Shown: in pieces, positions 27,130-30,725 of the stretch | Layout: each line of letters starts with the position of its first letter | How positions within the stretch are numbered: position 1 is the stretch's first letter | NCBI GenBank assembly: GCA_036229005.1 | Contig: JAZAMN010000001.1 | Coordinates: 1-30,725, forward strand | DNA length: 30,725 bases | Source: Myxococcota bacterium | Lineage (GTDB): Bacteria; Myxococcota_A; UBA796; CAJQPC01 | Direction: 5' to 3' | Position numbers and translations under genes: made by a program | The notes under the pieces: generated by a model | Seen by the model: the letters and a program-made list of their open reading frames with translations, nothing else | What the model was told of the DNA's origin: nothing | Databases searched by the model: none

Positions 27130-28125
27130 TCAGAAGGCGGCGTCGAAGCTGACCTCGCCCTCGACGGCGCTCTGGTACGCGGACACGCGGCGCTCGAAGA
27201 AGTTGGTCAGCTCCTGCACGTCCTGCAGGTCCATGAAGGGGAAGGGGTTGGAGCTGTTGAAGATGGGGTCCAGGCCCAGGCGCTCCATGCGCTGGTCGGC
27301 CACGGACTCCAGGTAGGTGCGCATGTCGTCCAGGGGGAGGCCAGTCACGCCCTCCTTGAGCACGTCCTCGGCGAACTGCATCTCGCACTCCACCGCCTCG
27401 CGCAGCATCTGCTCGACGCGCTGCACCATGTCTTCGTCAAAGAGCTCGGGCTCCTCTTCCCGGGCGGTGTCCACCACGCGGAAGGCGAAGTTCATGTGCA
27501 TGGACTCGTCCCGGAACACCCAGTTGGTGCCAGCGGCCAGGCCGTCCAGCAGGCCGCGGCTGCGCAGGAAGTACACGTAGGCGAACGCGGCGAAGAAGAA
27601 CATGCCCTCGATCGCGGACGCGAAGGTGATCATGTTCATCAGGAAGGCCTTGCGGTCTTCACGGGTCTCCAGGCGCTCGATGTGCGCGCTGGACTCGATC
27701 CACTTCATGGCGAACTCGGCCTTGGTGCGGATCGACGGGATGTTGTCCACCGCGGAGAAGGCCTTGGCGCGCTCGGCGGGGTCGGGCAGGTAGGTGTCCA
27801 GCAGGGTCAGGTAGAACTGGACGTGCAGCGCCTCCTCGAAGAGCTGGCGGGACAGGTACATCCGGCCTTCGGGCGAGTTGACGTGCTTGTAGTAGTTCAG
27901 CACCAGGTTGTTGGAGACGATGCTGTCACCGGTGGCGAAGAAGGCCACCAGGCGGTTGACCAGGTGCCGCTCCCCCGCGCCCATGGTGCGCAGGTCCACG
28001 AGATCGGTGGAGAAGTCGACCTCTTCGACCGTCCAGGTGTTCCGGATGGCCTGTCGGTACATCTCGTAGAACTCCGGGTACTTCATGGGCCGGAGGGTCA
28101 GGTTGAAGCCAGGATCAAGCAGCAT
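27130..28125 (-). CDS. nrdB: Class Ia ribonucleotide reductase small (R2) subunit
   Basis: WTVEEVDF, FFATGDSIV, EEALHVQFY (radical Tyr present), IEGMFF, RDESMH, TNFFERRVSAYQ; SD AGGAGG. Confidence 0.97.
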   Translation of the reverse strand: MLLDPGFNLTLRPMKYPEFYEMYRQAIRNTWTVEEVDFSTDLVDLRTMGAGERHLVNRLVAFFATGDSIVSNNLVLNYYKHVNSPEGRMYLSRQLFEEALHVQFYLTLLDTYLPDPAERAKAFSAVDNIPSIRTKAEFAMKWIESSAHIERLETREDRKAFLMNMITFASAIEGMFFFAAFAYVYFLRSRGLLDGLAAGTNWVFRDESMHMNFAFRVVDTAREEEPELFDEDMVQRVEQMLREAVECEMQFAEDVLKEGVTGLPLDDMRTYLESVADQRMERLGLDPIFNSSNPFPFMDLQDVQELTNFFERRVSAYQSAVEGEVSFDAAF

Positions 28126-28180
28126 CGGGGGCCTCCTGGTGGGGGCGTTCGGGTGGGGGGGAGGGGGGCGCTTTGGTGTA

Positions 28181-28221
28181 TGAACAGTTGTTCAGTATAC
28201 CACGTCACATTGGACGGACAA
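28181..28221 (-). promoter_or_regulatory. Internal sigma70 promoter for nrdB (TTGTCC-N16-TATACT, extended -10 TG) with overlapping palindrome TGAACA-N2-TGTTCA
   Basis: Minus strand reads TTGTCCgtccaatgtgacgTGgTATACTGAACAACTGTTCATAC; an AT-rich island in a GC-rich background. Confidence 0.7.
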
Positions 28222-28256
28222 GACCCAGGAGCAAAGCGCGATCCCCCAGGCGAGGA

Positions 28257-28280
28257 CAGGCTGCCTGAGCAGACAGCCTG
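28257..28280 (-). terminator. Stem-loop just downstream of the nrdA stop
   Basis: CAGGCTGTCT-GCTC-AGGCAGCCTG (10 bp including one G-U); no U tract. Confidence 0.4.
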
Positions 28281-28292
28281 GGCGCTGGCTGC

Positions 28293-30665
28293 CTACTGGC
28301 AGGCCTCGCAGTACTCCGGGTTCTCCAGGGAGCAGGCCATGGCCTCGGCCTGGGTGAACTGCTTCTTCTTCTTGGCGGAGCCGCGGGCGGACATGTTGAT
28401 CTCCGTCGCGGGCCGGGAGCGCAGGTAGTAGGTGGTCTTGAGGCCCTTCTTCCAGGCGTACATGTACATGCTGGAGAGCTTGCCGATGTTGGGCGACTCG
28501 ACGAAGAGGTTCAGGCTCTGGCTCTGGTCGATGAAGGCCCCGCGGTCCGCGGCCAGGTCGACCAGCGTCTTCATGCTGAGCTCCCACGAGGTGCGGTAGA
28601 GCTTCTTGATGTCGGCGGGGAGCTCCTCGATGTGGGCGATGGAGCCGCGGTTGAGCTTGAGGTCCTGGCGGACATCGGCGTTCCACAGGCCGCGCTCACG
28701 CAGGTCCTGCACCAGGTAGCGGTTCACCTGGAGGAACTCACCGGACAGGGTCTCGCGCTTGAAGAGGTTGGAGACCTGGGGCTCGATGCACTCGTAGATG
28801 CCCAGGATGGACGCGATGGTCGCCGTGGGGGCGATCGCGATCATCAGGGAGTTGCGGAGGCCGTGCTCCTTGACCGCGGCGCGCAGGCCGGCCCAGTCGT
28901 AGTCGGTCACGGGGGTCACGCCCCACAGGTCCGGCTGCAGGTGGCCGCGGGCGGCGCGGGTCTCAGCGAACGCGGTGTGGGGGCCCAGCTCCTGAGCCAG
29001 CTCCATGCTGGTCTTGGTGGCGTGGAAGTAGATGGTCTCCGCGATGCGCTTGGAGATGTCCTGCGCGCGGGGGTCATCGAAGGGCAGGCGCATCTTGAAG
29101 AACACGTCCTGCAGGCCCATGGAGCCCAGGCCCACGGGGCGCCACTTCATGTTGGAGCGGTGGGCCTCGGGGATGGGGTAGAGGTTCCGGTCGATGACGC
29201 GGTCAAGCTGCCGAATGGCGGTGCTGGAGGTCTTGGCGAGCTTGGCGTAGTCCACCTGCCAGGCGCCGCTCTCGTCCTGCACCATGTGGTTGCGCAGGTT
29301 GATGGAGCCCAGGTTGCAGACCGCGGTCTCGTTCTCGTCCGTGACCTCGAGGATCTCGGTGCAGAGGTTGGAGAGGTGCACCACCCGGCCGGGCTCGGCG
29401 GTCTGGTTGCAGGTCTTGTTGGAGGCGTCCTTGAAGCACATCCAGCCGTTTCCGGTCTGGGCCAGGGTGCGCATCATGCGGCCGTAGAGGTCGCGGGCCT
29501 TGATCTGGCGGACGTAGCGGCCAGCCTTCTCGGCCTCGTTGTAGTGGCGCTCGAACTCGGCCCCGTAGGTGTCCACCAGCAGGGGGACCTCCTTGGGGTC
29601 GAACAGCGACCACATCCCGTTCTGCTCCACCCGCTTCATGAAGAGGTCGGGGATCCAGTTGGAGAGGTTCAGGTTGTGGGTGCGGCGGGCCTCGTCGCCG
29701 GTGTTGTCACGCAGCTCCAGGAAGGACTCGATGTCGGCGTGCCAGGGCTCCAGGTAGACGCAGCAGGCGCCCTTGCGGCGGCCGCCCTGGTTCACTGCGG
29801 AGACCGACGCGTCCAGGGTGTTCAGGAAGGGGACGATGCCGTTGGACTGCCCGTTGGTGCCCTGGATGTGGGAGCCCTCGGAGCGCACGCGGGAGTAGGA
29901 CAGGCCGATCCCACCAGCGAACTTGGAGAGCATCGCGATGTCGGCGTAGCGCTTGTAGATGTCCCGGAGGTCATCCTTGGGGCTGTCCAGCAGGTAGCAG
30001 CTCGAGAGCTGGGTGCGGTGGGTGCCTGCGTTGAACAGCGTGGGGGAGCTGGGCAGGTAGTCGTGGGTCGAGAAGGTCTCGTAGAGCTCCAGCGCGTCCG
30101 CGAGCACGTCGGACACACCGACGGCCACGCGCATGAAGAAGAACTGCGGGGTCTCGATGGGCTCGCGGGTCTTGGGGTGACGCTGCAGGTAGCGGTCCCG
30201 CAGGGTGCGCAGGCCGAAGTACTCGAAGCCGTAGTCGCGCTCGGGCTTGATCGCGGCGTTGAAGGCCTCGGCGTTGTCGGTGACCAGCTTGAGCACGCGG
30301 TCGTTGATGATCCCCTCGGAGTGGCCCAGCTTGATGCTGTCCACGAAGCTCCGAGCGCCGGTGTTGCTCACGGTGGTGCGCAACTCGTCCGCCAGGACGC
30401 GGGCGGCGAGCTTGGAGTTCTGGGGCTCTTCGTAGGTGAGGCCGGCGCAGGTGTGGACGACCAGCTCACGGAGCACAGCCTGGCTGGCGCCTGGGGGTGC
30501 GGAGCGCATCACACGTTCGGTCAGCGCGGGGATGTCCAGGTGGTCGAGGTCGGTGGCCAGCTTGCCCAGGTAGGTCTCCAGCTTCTGCTGGGGGGTGGGG
30601 CCGTCCAGGAAGTCGTCCATGTTCAGGGCTGCGTCGGTCACGCCAGGGGAAGGCTGCTGCTGCAC
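28293..30665 (-). CDS. nrdA: Class Ia ribonucleotide reductase large (R1) subunit
   Basis: ETPQ, SSPTLFNAGT, QLSSCYL, QGGRRKGA, SNLCTEI, CNLGS, APTA, IDQSQS, KTTYYLR, C-terminal CEACQ; GGAG before GTG 30665. Confidence 0.97.
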   Translation of the reverse strand: MQQQPSPGVTDAALNMDDFLDGPTPQQKLETYLGKLATDLDHLDIPALTERVMRSAPPGASQAVLRELVVHTCAGLTYEEPQNSKLAARVLADELRTTVSNTGARSFVDSIKLGHSEGIINDRVLKLVTDNAEAFNAAIKPERDYGFEYFGLRTLRDRYLQRHPKTREPIETPQFFFMRVAVGVSDVLADALELYETFSTHDYLPSSPTLFNAGTHRTQLSSCYLLDSPKDDLRDIYKRYADIAMLSKFAGGIGLSYSRVRSEGSHIQGTNGQSNGIVPFLNTLDASVSAVNQGGRRKGACCVYLEPWHADIESFLELRDNTGDEARRTHNLNLSNWIPDLFMKRVEQNGMWSLFDPKEVPLLVDTYGAEFERHYNEAEKAGRYVRQIKARDLYGRMMRTLAQTGNGWMCFKDASNKTCNQTAEPGRVVHLSNLCTEILEVTDENETAVCNLGSINLRNHMVQDESGAWQVDYAKLAKTSSTAIRQLDRVIDRNLYPIPEAHRSNMKWRPVGLGSMGLQDVFFKMRLPFDDPRAQDISKRIAETIYFHATKTSMELAQELGPHTAFAETRAARGHLQPDLWGVTPVTDYDWAGLRAAVKEHGLRNSLMIAIAPTATIASILGIYECIEPQVSNLFKRETLSGEFLQVNRYLVQDLRERGLWNADVRQDLKLNRGSIAHIEELPADIKKLYRTSWELSMKTLVDLAADRGAFIDQSQSLNLFVESPNIGKLSSMYMYAWKKGLKTTYYLRSRPATEINMSARGSAKKKKQFTQAEAMACSLENPEYCEACQ

Positions 30666-30725
30666 GGCGGGCTCCAGCGGGTGCCTCTCGCGGGGGGAGA
30701 GGTTGGAGGGGGAGGGGGTCTGCGG

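Noticed and set aside
28126..28292. NrdR box
   Set aside because: The palindrome does not resemble the acaCwAtATaTwGtg consensus.
27130..30665. Intein or intron in nrdAB, or a non-Ia subclass
   Set aside because: Lengths are ordinary, motifs are contiguous, and R2 keeps the Asp ligand and radical Tyr.
30700..30725. 3' end of a cobalamin riboswitch before nrdA (CCGCAGACC on the minus strand)
   Set aside because: Only a few bases at the window edge with a weak match to the B12 box; needs upstream sequence.

Overview
GC-rich bacterial chromosomal window with dense coding. It looks Myxococcota-like (inference from an AgmC-type surface protein and many Cys-rich lipoproteins). I see no rRNA, tRNA, CRISPR array or mobile element. 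About 24 genes are supported. Left to right: a >1500-aa Asp-rich TSP3-repeat surface protein that runs off the left edge and is missing from the ORF track; a TMTC-like GT-C/TPR glycosyltransferase; four hypothetical secreted or membrane genes; M61 peptidase, TetR and lipoprotein with a double operator; malQ, rhodanese, lipoprotein and flippase-like gene; an SDR/LysR pair; tesB; two hypotheticals, one a lipoprotein with an AAC4-like domain; TetR, THUMP methyltransferase and SDR; a putative beta-barrel; a DUF455 ferritin-like/ATP-grasp fusion; an exported HMA protein; and class Ia nrdB and nrdA. Best leads: the TMTC-like enzyme next to the giant surface protein, the diiron/ATP-grasp fusion, an internal nrdB promoter under a GAAC-N4-GTTC palindrome, the exported AAC4-like domain, and a recurring leaderless-promoter signature. 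All family calls come from motifs recognised by eye; no database searches were run.
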